Source of the DNA: Octopus bimaculoides
Taxonomy: Eukaryota
Reading direction: 5' to 3'
Assembly (NCBI RefSeq): GCF_001194135.2
Contig: NC_068988.1
Coordinates: 94,910,371-94,948,979 of the forward strand
Length of the DNA: 38,609 nt
Position numbers and translations under genes: made by a program. Each line of letters begins with the position of its first letter. Within the stretch, counting starts at the first letter, position 1. Positions 1-11,631 of the stretch are shown piece after piece. The notes under the pieces are model-generated. The model was given only the letters and a program-made list of their open reading frames with translations. It did no database searches and had not been told where the DNA came from.

Positions 1-639
1 TATATGTATGTATGTATGTGTATAGCCATATTAGTGCGCTAAATTGTATTACAATGCGTAATCATATGTGTATGTTTTTCAATATGTGAGTCTATTTTGC
101 CACTGCACGTGTGCTCCGAGCTATAGTAGAATTCAATATAGTTTTCTTTCTTCGCTTCTTATTAGATGATTTTCCATATAAGCATCCGCCCATGTTTCTA
201 GGTATCTGTCTCCATTTTTCTCTTTTCCTCTCTCTCTCTTTCTCTCTATCTATCTGTATCTCTATCTAACTATCTATTTCTATCTCTGTCTGCCTGCCTG
301 TCTGTCTCTCTATCCACTTATGATAATTTTTCAACTGGATGGATGAGCGTGTATCCAACTGCCAATGTATCCATACATCCACCATTTGAGTTTTTGCGAC
401 CAAAATGATTATTTATTGCGTAAGAAAAATTGATGAAAATATTACTAAACAGGTGTGTTAAGTTCAAAATATTTTTCAGTATTGCTTAATACAGAAAAAT
501 CATATTTAATATGTTCCAATCCTATATCGTTCGAATTTATATTTTAATCCCGCTGACATTGATAATACAACTCATGACTAAGAGATTTCCACGGCTTATA
601 CATATTCCCATCACACTGTTGCCTCTTGTTGTTATTGTC

Positions 640-830
640 ACTGTTGTTTACTCTCAAATCAGCTCTGTTCGAGGAAATTTATGACCAAAAGAGTTTCATC
701 GATGGCCACCCCCGTCTTCTGTTTAGTCATAAGGCATCGAGATCCACCACAATCATTTGTGTCTCTTTTCCGTAAGCTGTGGAATGTGATTCGAAGGTGA
801 TTTCGGGTTCTAATTTAGACAGATGAATGG
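640..830. mobile_element. Degenerate dispersed-repeat (SINE-like) remnant, family D
   Basis: Shares recognisable blocks with 33779-33925 (tgtgattcgaaggtgattt vs tgtaatttgaggaacattt; tcagctctgttcgag vs ccccagttcagatttga). The SINE assignment is from pattern recognition only. Confidence 0.35.
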
Positions 831-1148
831 ACAATGTAACAATTTTTTATTGGCTAATTTCGATGGCTGTCTACGTAGAAGCACAATATTATACTGGAGA
901 ACCAAGGAATAGTTGAAACTATTGTGTAACAAAAGAGAGTGGCGTCCATTTATGTCCTCAGTTCGAATTCCGCTGAATTTGGCAATCGTCGTCAATGCAG
1001 ACAGCACAAAAAGTCCCTGCTAAATATTAGTATCAATAAAATCAAATACTGGGTCTTTAACTGTTGCTATGCTGCCAGTAAAAGTATTTGTTAATCATTC
1101 ATGTACCTTCCTTTAATAGTAGACTGTTATATAGTGAAATGCGTGTTA

Positions 1149-1690
1149 ATTACCATGGTGACAACTATCTACCTATCTTTCACACACACACACACACATA
1201 CACACACGAGCTCGCTTTTTCTTTCTTTCTCTCCTTCTTTACTCTCTCTTCTTTTTTCTGTTTCAACAACAAGATCAACAACCTGTTTTTCTTGAAATAA
1301 ATTTTTATTCTATCTTTCACACAAACACACTCTTTCAATGAATTTCTCTCTCAACAATAACAACCTCTCATTATATCAAAAGGCCTTTCTTAAAGTCTGT
1401 GTTGCGTTGTCTCTATGTTGAGAGACATACATTAACACACACGCATACACACACAAACAAACAAACCAAAATAAATATCTGTAATGTTAGATAGGGAAAG
1501 TCATTTTATTTTCGAATCTGTGTTGCACTGTGTTGACAGACTTGCGCCTAAAATTCCTGCATTTTTATTCAAAACTTATTAGTTACTTTGGTAACAACAT
1601 TTCTTATTTGTCTTTCAGACACACACACACGCACACACACTCTGTATCTCACCGCTTTTCTCTTTCAACAACAACTTTTTCTCCTCCCAT
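1149..1690. repeat. Imperfect, roughly three-copy tandem duplication (unit: ggt[g/a]acaac...tctttca-(CA)n-...ttttct..tcaacaa[c/t]aa)
   Basis: Similar blocks at about 1149-1290, 1310-1370 and 1582-1690, each with tctttca(c/g)acaca followed by tcaacaa(c/t)aa. Confidence 0.5.
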
Positions 1691-1813
1691 TCTAAATATA
1701 TGTTGTGACAGTGGTTATTTCCCCTGTTGATTCTTCCCTTCTTCTTCTCTTTCACATATCTTGTGACTGACAGACAGTCAAAGATCAGCTTCTGTTTTGC
1801 AATATAAGATTAA

Positions 1814-1886
1814 GGCGGCAAGCAGACAGAAGCGTTGCCGCTTAGCACCATTAATCCCTTCTTTATGTTCTAAGTTCAAATTCCGC
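1814..1886 (+). mobile_element. SINE family A, degenerate 5' fragment
   Basis: ggcggcaagcagacagaagcgtt...cttagc...gttctaagttcaaattccgc matches the heads of the copies at 17602 and 29763. Confidence 0.45.
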
Positions 1887-2316
1887 AAATGATAAACAAA
1901 TCTGTGGTATTAAGCAAAATATTTGTTATAACGATATTTCTGCTTCAGTAACTCAGCGTTGAATGAATCTGAAATGTAATGGAAATTAGGACAGTTTCAA
2001 AATATTTATGCCCAGCTCACAAAAGCAAAGTTTCACGGGAATAGTAGTTATTTCGTTTGATTTCTAGATAGAAGCAAATAAGAAATAAAACTAAGTGACC
2101 AAAAACAAAAACAAAAAAAAGCTTTAAATTGTTGCACAGTGTAATAAAATGCATACACAAACCTATAGCGGGTTCGATTTCTACGAAGTAACCAAAGAAG
2201 CATAATATTACAAATGAATATCTAGAAAAAATTTCGTTGACAATAACATCAGCATGACTTAGACACACTCAAATATATATAGAGATATATATATATATGC
2301 ATAAGTACATACATAA

Positions 2317-2350
<34 letters not shown>

Positions 2351-2530
2351 NNNNNNNNNNNNNNNNNNNNNNNNNNNNNNNNNNNNNNNNNNNNNNNNNN
2401 NNNNNNNNNNNNNNNNNNNNNNNNNNNNNNNNNNNNNNNNNNNNNNNNNNNNNNNNNNNNNNNNNNNNNNNNNNNNNNNNNNNNNNNNNNNNNNNNNNNN
2501 NNNNNNNNNNNNNNNNNNNNNNNNNNNNNN
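2351..2530. other. Assembly gap (N run). Other gaps: 8832-9238, 14033-14136, 15223-15731, 22265-22953, 26220-26696, 28779-29203, 34438-34447
   Basis: Runs of n, most flanked by (TA)n or other simple repeats. Confidence 1.
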
Positions 2531-2624
2531 TTTAAGGTGAAAATTATAAATACTTATAAATAAGTCTATTCTTGGCATATTTGTCATAGAATTTTTTTTC
2601 TTTTGCCCTATTTATAAGTTGTTT

Positions 2625-2661
<37 letters not shown>

Positions 2662-2665
2662 CAAA

Positions 2666-2725
<60 letters not shown>

Positions 2726-3604
2726 AATCTATATACTTTATTGATATGCATGTGTATGTATACATTTTCGTGTATATGTATAGGTGTATATGCTTGTTGT
2801 GTGTGTGTGTTTTTTTATGTATTTCAGCGGAAATAAATTTTCCTTGATCAAACTTTTCACTCTCAGTGGCGACTTTGACTCAGTGAGTGAATGTGTTGAG
2901 TCGTGAGTGACTCGATCTACATTCCCTTCAGACACAATACTGTAAGCTCACTTGTCAGGTCAGACAAGTTAAACTCCAAGGTGTTGAGAGATTGGAATAG
3001 CCTATATACAACATGACAGAAATGTGTTAAGTAGTTAACCAAGTTAAATATATCGGACGTAAATAGAAAATTGAGTTCACCGTGGACTGTTTGATGGATA
3101 AGAAATGACAAATTGCATACGTGTGATGAAATGACATAGTGTTGAAGAAAACTAGGATAACCAGTCTCTCGTTTGCTTGAGATATATGTTTTTTCTTTCT
3201 CTCTTCTGGTCTATCCTGAGCAAAACAAAATCTATACCCACAGGCTGCTGTCTCCCTCCAACTCATCGGATGATACATATTTCATTTAGAAGGGATGTCA
3301 GCCCAGCCAGTGTTGTAAGTAACATATCAATCAATTAAGCTGTGAAATTGCCTTCAAATTCACGTTATTATTTTCAGATGAAGACAGTCAGCGTTATTTC
3401 TCTAGCAACTATTTTGTTCAGCTAAGATGTTGGAAAATTGGTTTTCTTCAGATACACACGCATTCATATATACCCACATATGCATATGAACACTCACTCC
3501 CACACACACAAAGTCACATACAAACATGTACGCACAAAAACGTGCGCACACATACACGTGTATGCAATAACTTTGGACTTTGTATTGAGTTCGCTTTTGT
3601 TTCG

Positions 3605-3660
<56 letters not shown>

Positions 3661-3835
3661 CATAAATATATAGGGGTCAGCATGAGTTGCTTCACCAACA
3701 TACTGAAAATTTAGAAATAGCAGTCAAAGAACTACTGATTCTAAACTACAATTTTTTCTCTAACGGATGGCGATATTTACGGCACACATAGAACAAAAAC
3801 AGAAGAGAAAATAAAGACAAACCTGCCTTTAGTTA

Positions 3836-3897
3836 ATCATGTACGACGTTTCGTGGTTAAGAATATAAAACTATTCTTCGCCATTCTTCAGCATGAT
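3836..3897 (-). ncRNA. Minimal type-I hammerhead ribozyme motif (HHR-1)
   Basis: Minus strand reads AUCAUG-CUGAAGA-AUGG-CG-AAGAAU-AGUUUUAU-AUUCUU-AA-CCAC-GAAAC-GUC-GUA^CAUGAU. Stem I is 6 bp (AUCAUG/CAUGAU), both core segments are intact, stem II is extended and the cleavage triplet is GUA. The only defect is an A.C pair at 10.1/11.1. Confidence 0.7.
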
Positions 3898-4183
3898 GTA
3901 CAATAAATCTGAAAATGCCCATATACTCATGGGTATTTGACCATGCGACATCAAAATCACATGAGGAAAGGCAACAAAGAGAAAAGAGAATATAGAAAGA
4001 GCATTCGGTGGCAACATATTATGCCACTTGTGTTAAAAGAAAAAAGCGTGAATGAGAAACCGTGTTTCAATAAACGAATACGATTAGGAAGTGTTTAAAT
4101 AAACGAATGCAATTAAGAAGCGCTTTAAACAAAAGAAAAAAAGAAGGATAAAAAACAATTAAACCATTAGGAGCGTGCTGAAA

Positions 4184-4627
4184 AGAACGCCTGAAACTGA
4201 GGTGGACGTCTCGAGAAATCTTGTGTAGACGACAAAGACTAAAAAAGCCCAAATAGTTGGCTAATGAAATTTTCGTCAACATTGGCGGACGGAACTACTG
4301 TATCATGTGCTTTCACCGGAAATTACAGATCATCAACAGTAACTGTCCAAGCAACGAATGTCAGATCGAAAGTCAGCCAAATTCATATAGTATAAAACTG
4401 ATCAAACAGGCAGTGATGTTGCGAAAAGCTCGCGTGTTGTGAATAAATTAGCTATTCGTAACTTTACTGCTGGTGTCTGCAATTTACGGTGAAATCACGT
4501 GATACTGTAGGGCCATCTTCCGGTGTAGAGGAATCGTTCGACCCCAATATAGTAGCCTGTGCTTTTTAGCATTGGTCGTCTACACGAGATTATTTCTCGG
4601 GACGTTTACCACAGTTACAGGCGTTCT
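4184..4627. mobile_element. Foldback/MITE-like element with about 65-bp imperfect inverted arms
   Basis: 4184-4248 (agaacgcctgaaactgaggtggacgtctcgagaaatcttgtgtagacgacaaagactaaaaaagc) is the imperfect reverse complement of 4561-4627. The spacer is about 310 bp. Confidence 0.7.
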
Positions 4628-5835
4628 AAATAACACGTCCAATTTAGGGTGGCTGTCCTGGTGTATTATATTTTGTATATTATATTTTGTATATGCTGTT
4701 AAAGTTCCTATTCAATAATACATGAATATTTTAAAATCACGTAAAACCGCTGCATTCACACTGAAGAAGTTTCACTCTTGCAGAATTTCCCAAATCGAAC
4801 TTTCTTCACCAGACTGAAAAAAGAGTTTTCGAAGCGCTGAAGTTATTTGTTTGCTGAAACATATTCTGTTTTTTGGTTTTAAATCCAAATTTGTGGTCTT
4901 CATGGTACCTAAATGCACCCTTAACAAAAAATTACTCATCTTTAAAATATTCCTTATTTTCTATTAAACATTTCACTCAGCTCTCTGAAGCAAGCAAAAA
5001 GGAAAGAGAATCATGGCAATGTAATAAAATACTGTAACTTATATAACGTTTCAGGTTCAATCCCAATGTCTGTAACTGGAAAAACAACAGGTCCAACGAT
5101 GCGCCTGAAACTAATTCTCCCGGCAAAAAAAAAGAACAGTTATAAGACTACGGCAGATAATTATACATATACACACACATCTCTCACTCTTTTTCGAATT
5201 ATGTGTGTGTGTGTCTGCATGATATATATATGTGTGTGTGTGTGTGTATACACATATGTATACATACATACATACATGTTCATATATGTGTGTATGAAAT
5301 GTGTGTATACACGTATGTATATGTACACAAACACATCATGTATATATGCGTGTATGCATATGTATGTATGTATGTATGTATGTATGGATGGATGGATGCT
5401 TGTACGTATGTATTATGTATGTATGTATGTGTGTGTGTATGTACGTGTGTATGTATGCCTGTATGTACACGTATACATACATGTTAGCATTATTTCATTT
5501 CATAAGAAACTGAAGCAATATTTGTTCTTTTTAAAATTGAAATATCGCAATATATTCCTGGTAATGGACAATATTCGCTTTGTTATTAGACAAAGTTAAT
5601 TGAAATTTATCACGTAAAAGATGCTTAATTGAAAACATTGGAAACAGTTTTGTTTCTGAGAATAACATATATTTTCAGGGACATGAAATGAAACTCTTCT
5701 TTATAATGGAATACACTTCATGCGGTTCAATTTCCAAAATGATTACTTCATAAGCATTTTCTGTAGAATGGTTTTCTGAAAACTTCACCGCAATATTCTT
5801 TGACAGGAAATAGCTTATATTGGTTTCTTGTACAG

Positions 5836-5949
5836 GGAAGAAAAGTAAAGCTTTAGAAGAGAGAAACTTAAACTTGCTTCGTTTGCAGCAAGTCTCCTGC
5901 ACGTGGTTTATTGGCCACCGAGATGGAAGCAAAAAGGCGGATAAAAGAT
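5836..5949 (+). CDS. Candidate internal exon (114 nt, phase 1-1), product unknown
   Basis: Acceptor tttcttgtacag, donor AGAT|gtgaga, single open frame KKSKALEERNLNLLRLQQVSCTWFIGHRDGSKKADKR. No recognisable homology. Confidence 0.25.
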
Positions 5950-6207
5950 GTGAGATTTAATTAAAAATTATATTCAAATAAATATTTTAAAATATCTAGT
6001 TTGGTGCCCTGTAGAAGTCGAATATATGATCTGTTGATTTCATTTTACAGTTTTAATATTGAAACAAGGTCGCAAATTAAAGAGCAAAGTTTTGAATGAA
6101 TACCTCGTCAGTTATTGAACTGACTCGAACGATAAACCGTTGCAGATTAGGGAAACGAATGTGAATGTGAAGCATTTAGTTCGGTGTTTTATTATTTCTG
6201 ACGTCTT

Positions 6208-6378
6208 TTAGCGGGTCGGACAAAATGTTTAGCGATATTTCTTCCGGCTCTTTGTGTTCTGAATTCAAATTCTGCCGAGGTTGGCTTTAAAATAAGGGCC
6301 AGTTAAACAGCGGTGTCAATGTAATCGACTTATCTCTCCCGTCAAAATTCCTCACCCTGAGTTCAAATTGGAAGGAAA
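6208..6378 (+). mobile_element. SINE family A, degenerate copy
   Basis: aaatgtttagcgatatttc...gttctgaattcaaattctgccgaggt...aatgtaatcgactt matches the other family-A copies. Confidence 0.6.
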
Positions 6379-6505
6379 TATTTCTAAAGTTAATTAATGT
6401 GATCAAACAATTTCCTAATGAAAAATACACCATTAAAGTGTCATGACTTCCTGCTTTAAGGGACAACGAAGAACGATATAGGTGGGGGATGACCAGGCGT
6501 TTTAT

Positions 6506-6734
6506 ATTGGGTTGTCAGGAAAGTTCGTGCCGATTTATAGTAGCTTACCTTTCGACTTATTTGTCATGAGACCACCTCAATTCTGGGAAGAGGGTATTTT
6601 CAAGTTAAAGGAAAGATGGAGACACATTGTGCAACCAAATGGTTCATATTTGGTTGATTAAAAATGTAATGGCAAGTATTTATTGACCTTTTTCTTTCCT
6701 TTAAAAATCGGCACGAACTTTCCGGACAACCCAA
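6506..6734 (+). mobile_element. Mariner (Tc1/mariner) internal-deletion derivative / MITE
   Basis: 30-bp TIRs TTGGGTTGTC(A/C)GGAAAGTTCGTGCCGATTT with one mismatch and TA on both sides. It retains the transposase C-terminus FWEEGIFKLKERWRHIVQPNGSYLVD* (6581-6661), typical of mariner ends. Confidence 0.92.
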
Positions 6735-7003
6735 TAATATTCATATATGAAACTAGACGTTTTGTGTTCTAATTTCGCATCTAAATCCTAAATCCTTATG
6801 CTACAAGAATGAAGCATCATTTGTAGACATAATTTGAAGGAAGAGAATATTCCACAGCCCAACCGATGTATTTTCCGCAGACTCCGGCGGATGAACCACT
6901 GCTGTCTATTGAAATCTCTTTCACCTTTCGATAGGTTACAGATTTCATGATTGCACAATATTTAGAATTGAAAATATTATAAACTTCATTGCTTCAAATT
7001 CGT

Positions 7004-7059
<56 letters not shown>

Positions 7060-7673
7060 TAAACCTGAACGCTTATGGAAATCTCCTGCCTGTTTCCAAC
7101 ATTATACGAGAAAGACGTTTGCGCTGTGTGAGACATTGCTGACGAGCGAAACAAGGGCTAGCTATGGATACCAAAACATGCGTATACTTACGGAAATATT
7201 ATTTTGTAAGATTACAATTAGTAGAGAGAATTAGCAGCCAGTAGTATAAAGTTTGGTGTAAGAATTTTTTTACTAAATCTTTTAATTTTAAAATTGCATT
7301 TCGTCGAAATCTCACAATTTTCATCTTCGCGTTCGAGTTTCTAAATCCCTTCATTCCAAAGACCGATGCTCTAATTTTTCGAGGGCAAGGATTCTTCACA
7401 CAGCTTTTCTCAGAGTGCAACACTGATGTTGCCGAAATATCTGAGACAGTTTCGCTACTGACAATGGGTCAGTATAATTACTGAGAAATATACTACACAC
7501 ACACACACACATATATATACATACACACAAACACACACACATACACACACATATATACACATGCTGGGGATGTATATTTACGTGTGTGTGTACACAAATA
7601 TTTTCAGATGTAGATATATATCATTATATACATATATATTCATTATATGTATACATTTATTCACACAGACACA

Positions 7674-7804
<131 letters not shown>

Positions 7805-8203
7805 ATGCAGATATAGAAATGGCGTGAAGAGTTGGCCTCTCCACTTGTCTTCTCTATCAGTTTGTAAGACCAATATTTCGGACAGCTCACGCGATACCTG
7901 ACCTCCTTTGGGAGCAATCAGTCAATAAAAGAACTGAAGATATTATAAGGTTTCCGTGTCATTCGACTACAAATCAATGACAGAACTTCACTAAGAACGA
8001 ACATATCAAAATGTGTCTAAAAGTTTCTATTAATCGACAAGATATCACAATTTTATCATAGATTCCTATGTTAATAGTATCAGAGTGGATCTCATACCTG
8101 ACGCCCGATTTGTGGTCAGTGGAATGTATAAATATTCCTGTTGTGTATGTCCACAACCACACCCAAACAACATACACACATATATACATACATATATATG
8201 TGT

Positions 8204-8518
8204 GGATGCGCAATGGCCAAGTGGTTAAGGCAGCGGACTCGCGGTCATAGGATCGCGGTTTTGATTCCCAGACCGGGCGTTGTGAGTGTTTATTGAGCGT
8301 CGTATCCTTGAGCAAGACACTTTATTTCACGTCGCTCCAGTCCACTCAGCTGGCAAAAATGAGTTGGACCTGTATTTCGAAGGATCAGCCTTGTCACATC
8401 CTATGTCACGAGAACTACGTTAAAGGCACACGTGTCTGTGGAGTACTCAGCCACTTGCACGTTAATTTCACGAGCAAGGTGTTCTGTTGATCGTAACCGA
8501 CGGAGTGCCAGGACGACA
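8204..8518 (+). mobile_element. tRNA-derived SINE with CORE-like central block (family C)
   Basis: Pol III A box TGGCCAAGTGG (8214-8224), B-box-like GGTTTTGATTCC (8257-8268) and CORE-like ccttgagcaagacactt block. Not a functional tRNA: the anticodon arm and acceptor stem are degenerate. Confidence 0.8.
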
Positions 8519-8734
8519 TATATATGTATACTAGTTTAAAAGCTACCCTATCGCACAGTTTTTAAGCTAGTATATAGCCTTTACTCAACTGACTCCGAAT
8601 GGGAAGATCTGCAAACAGATTTCTTACTTGTTTTGGAGAATTTGTTTAGACATATATATATATCAACATATAAATAAATATACACACATACTTACATATA
8701 TATGGGGGTGGGGTATCTTTTATTTGTTTCAGTC

Positions 8735-8769
<35 letters not shown>

Positions 8770-9403
8770 TTAAGGAATGGAGTAAACGCATGTTATAACT
8801 GCATACTTTATTCCGACATATGTTTCGAAGANNNNNNNNNNNNNNNNNNNNNNNNNNNNNNNNNNNNNNNNNNNNNNNNNNNNNNNNNNNNNNNNNNNNN
8901 NNNNNNNNNNNNNNNNNNNNNNNNNNNNNNNNNNNNNNNNNNNNNNNNNNNNNNNNNNNNNNNNNNNNNNNNNNNNNNNNNNNNNNNNNNNNNNNNNNNN
9001 NNNNNNNNNNNNNNNNNNNNNNNNNNNNNNNNNNNNNNNNNNNNNNNNNNNNNNNNNNNNNNNNNNNNNNNNNNNNNNNNNNNNNNNNNNNNNNNNNNNN
9101 NNNNNNNNNNNNNNNNNNNNNNNNNNNNNNNNNNNNNNNNNNNNNNNNNNNNNNNNNNNNNNNNNNNNNNNNNNNNNNNNNNNNNNNNNNNNNNNNNNNN
9201 NNNNNNNNNNNNNNNNNNNNNNNNNNNNNNNNNNNNNNATATATATATATATATATATATATAATGGCAAATATACTTCACATTTAAATGGCAAATATAC
9301 TTCACTTTATCGTGCAGTTACTGTTAACACCTCGTTCAGAGATTTAACATTGCTATATATATATATGTATGTATGTATGTATGTATCTACGTATATGTAT
9401 ATA

Positions 9404-9544
9404 CAATGGTCTTCTTTGAGTTTCTGCGTACCAAACCCATTCTCGAGGCTATAGCAGAAGACACTTGTCTAGGGTGCTATGTAGTGGGACTGAACCCCGA
9501 ACCATGTGGTTAGGAAACATACTTCTTACCGCACAGCCACGCAT
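9404..9544 (-). mobile_element. tRNA-derived SINE family B
   Basis: gaggctatagcagaagacacttg...gtgggactgaacccc...ccatgtggtt...cacagccac matches 23171-23312 and 23570-23676. The minus strand has a B box (ggttcagtcc). Confidence 0.75.
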
Positions 9545-10264
9545 CATTCCTAGAAAACCCCGAGATGGTCATAGTTGGCCCGAATATCATCCTTAGAACT
9601 CCCAATCACAGCTGACTTGTGTCTGGCTGAGTAATAAAGACCAGTGATATCAGTCAGCTCCACCAATAATACACGGGACGACTATTTCGCTAATTCACCA
9701 ATTCTATGTCGCTATAAGAATTCATCTATTGTAGACACACGAACAAAGTTGGTCTATTTTCAATTCTACTCTTTTCGAAAATAAGCGATGACTGGATGAA
9801 TGCAGCTAACCATTTCGTCTCTATTATACAACATTATATCGAGATGGAATGGGTCATTAAGAGTCAACCGTTTCTCGCATAAGCACAACAAAATACTGCA
9901 GCCGCTAGTTTCGCCGGAAGCAAGCAACTAGGCTAACATTTATGGTATTCATTCATACAATTACTTGAATCTAACAACGCCTGCAGAAAGAGTTTTTGTT
10001 ACTTGTGAGAAGAAAAGCGGTGAATACTAAGAATTTATTATAAACATTCATTCTTAGAGACAAGATATTGATCATAGAAACAATCTGGGGATTGCTTGCT
10101 GCAGAAAGATATTCACATATCTACGCAAAATATACAAATTTATTTCACACATATTTACTTGTATACACATGCAGAAACACACGTGCATATACACACACAC
10201 ACACACACATATGCACAGGAATGCACTTACACAGAGCATGTCTCACTTTATGTATCACTTCATC

Positions 10265-10548
10265 TCTCTCTTTCTCTCTCTCTCCCTTTCACTACCTCCC
10301 TCTCTCTCCCTATCAATCCCTCCCTCTCTCTCTCCCTTTCACTCCCTTCCTCTCTCTTCCTATCACTCTCTCCCTCTCTCTCACCCTTTCACTCCATCCC
10401 CCCTCTCCCTCTCCCTTTCACTCCTTCTCTCTCCCTTTCACTACCTCCCTCTCTCTCCCTTTTACTGCCTCTCTTACCCCCTTTCACTAACCTCTCTCTC
10501 TCCCTTTCACTCCTTCTCTCTCTCCCTTTCACTCCCTCCCTCTCTCTC
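10265..10548. repeat. Pyrimidine-rich minisatellite, about 20-25-bp unit (ctctctccctttcact(a/c)c..), about 10 copies
   Basis: ccc/cctttcact recurs throughout the interval. Confidence 0.85.
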
Positions 10549-10715
10549 ACGCGCACAAACATACACGCTCCCTCTCTCTCTCTCTCTCTCTGTTTCTATC
10601 ATCTTCAGTCATGTTCTAATTTATTAAACACTTACTATCGAGGCTCGTAAGTTCGTTAGACAATTAATAGCAATTGGCTTCTGATATTCTACTCTCGTAT
10701 ATATCATTGTAACGT

Positions 10716-10772
<57 letters not shown>

Positions 10773-11281
10773 TGTGTGTGTGTAAGTATATATAGAATAT
10801 CGGACAGAATTTTCGACCATCACGTTACAGTTCATCGACCACTTTAACAGCTTGCTTATTGAATTAACGTGGATTTAATCGAGTATCTACAGAGCAGCGT
10901 ATTTCTAACCTATCACTCACCATATATATATATATAGTATATAGTATATAGTATTTAGTTGTTATATTTTCATGAGGCTTGTATAAGAGTGATATAATAC
11001 TGGAAGGTAATTCTTGCAGAGTAGTTATATATCAAAACAGAGGTGCTTATATAAAACCGTTGTGAATAAAATAGAATGATAAATCGTCATATACGAAGGA
11101 ATAGATATACATTAGATGAGAAAAGGAAGGATATAAAAATGTGATAGAGAAAGAAGTGGATTTCTCACTGCATAACAGCAGGTTTAGCGTACTTTACGGG
11201 GGCTAGTATTTTTTTTTTTTTTTTTTTTTTTTTTGAATGATTGTGAGAAAAAGCGGATACGAAAATGTAAGGCTCGCTAAA

Positions 11282-11333
11282 TATTTAGTGACCAAACATT
11301 CAGTGAGAAGACTGCATGTTTGGTCACTAAGTA
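11282..11333. other. Near-perfect hairpin (15-bp perfect arms plus 4 more pairs, 6-nt loop)
   Basis: ttagtgaccaaacat (11285-11299) pairs with atgtttggtcactaa (11316-11330); inner cagt/actg; loop gagaag. Confidence 0.85.
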
Positions 11334-11631
11334 GAAATTTGTTTTGGTAGCTGCATTTCGGAATTAACATCTCATCTGTTCGAAAGATGTTAAAATGACG
11401 AATTCCTTTAGTAGAACATGTGAAGCATGATCCAGCTTCAAGAGGGTGCCGTTCTCAAATTAAATTACTACCTTCATGCATCACAATTTGGGATATCTTC
11501 AAAGTTTAGTCACCATAAATGTTGTGTCAATGATATGTAAAACATGAGTGTTGCGTTTATTTGGAAGTTACATTGGTTTACTGTGGTCGGTAAACTTTAT
11601 TTTCGCGCGATTTGCCAACACATCGCGGAAT

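Noticed and set aside
3244-3425. Exon pair around a 63-nt gtaagt...ttttcag intron (MKTVSVISLATILFS-like start)
   Set aside because: The frames either stop quickly or run into a (CA)n tract without a donor.
4895-4924. ...gcaccc|TTAA as a Kolobok-like transposon end
   Set aside because: No matching opposite terminus found in the window.
5679-5753. GHEMKLFFIMEYTSCGSISKMITS after a ttttcag acceptor resembles a kinase hinge (xIxMEYxxxGS)
   Set aside because: In-frame TAA with no donor before it and no other kinase subdomains nearby; treated as chance.
6060-6112. Minus-strand CUGACGA-GGU...ACC hammerhead-like start
   Set aside because: No GAAA or NUH after stem II in this copy.
7136-7155. CUGACGA-GC-GAAAC
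   Set aside because: No room for stem II, and no stem I or III partner.
8204-8275. tRNA gene
   Set aside because: A and B boxes are present but the cloverleaf is broken and the sequence continues into a SINE body.
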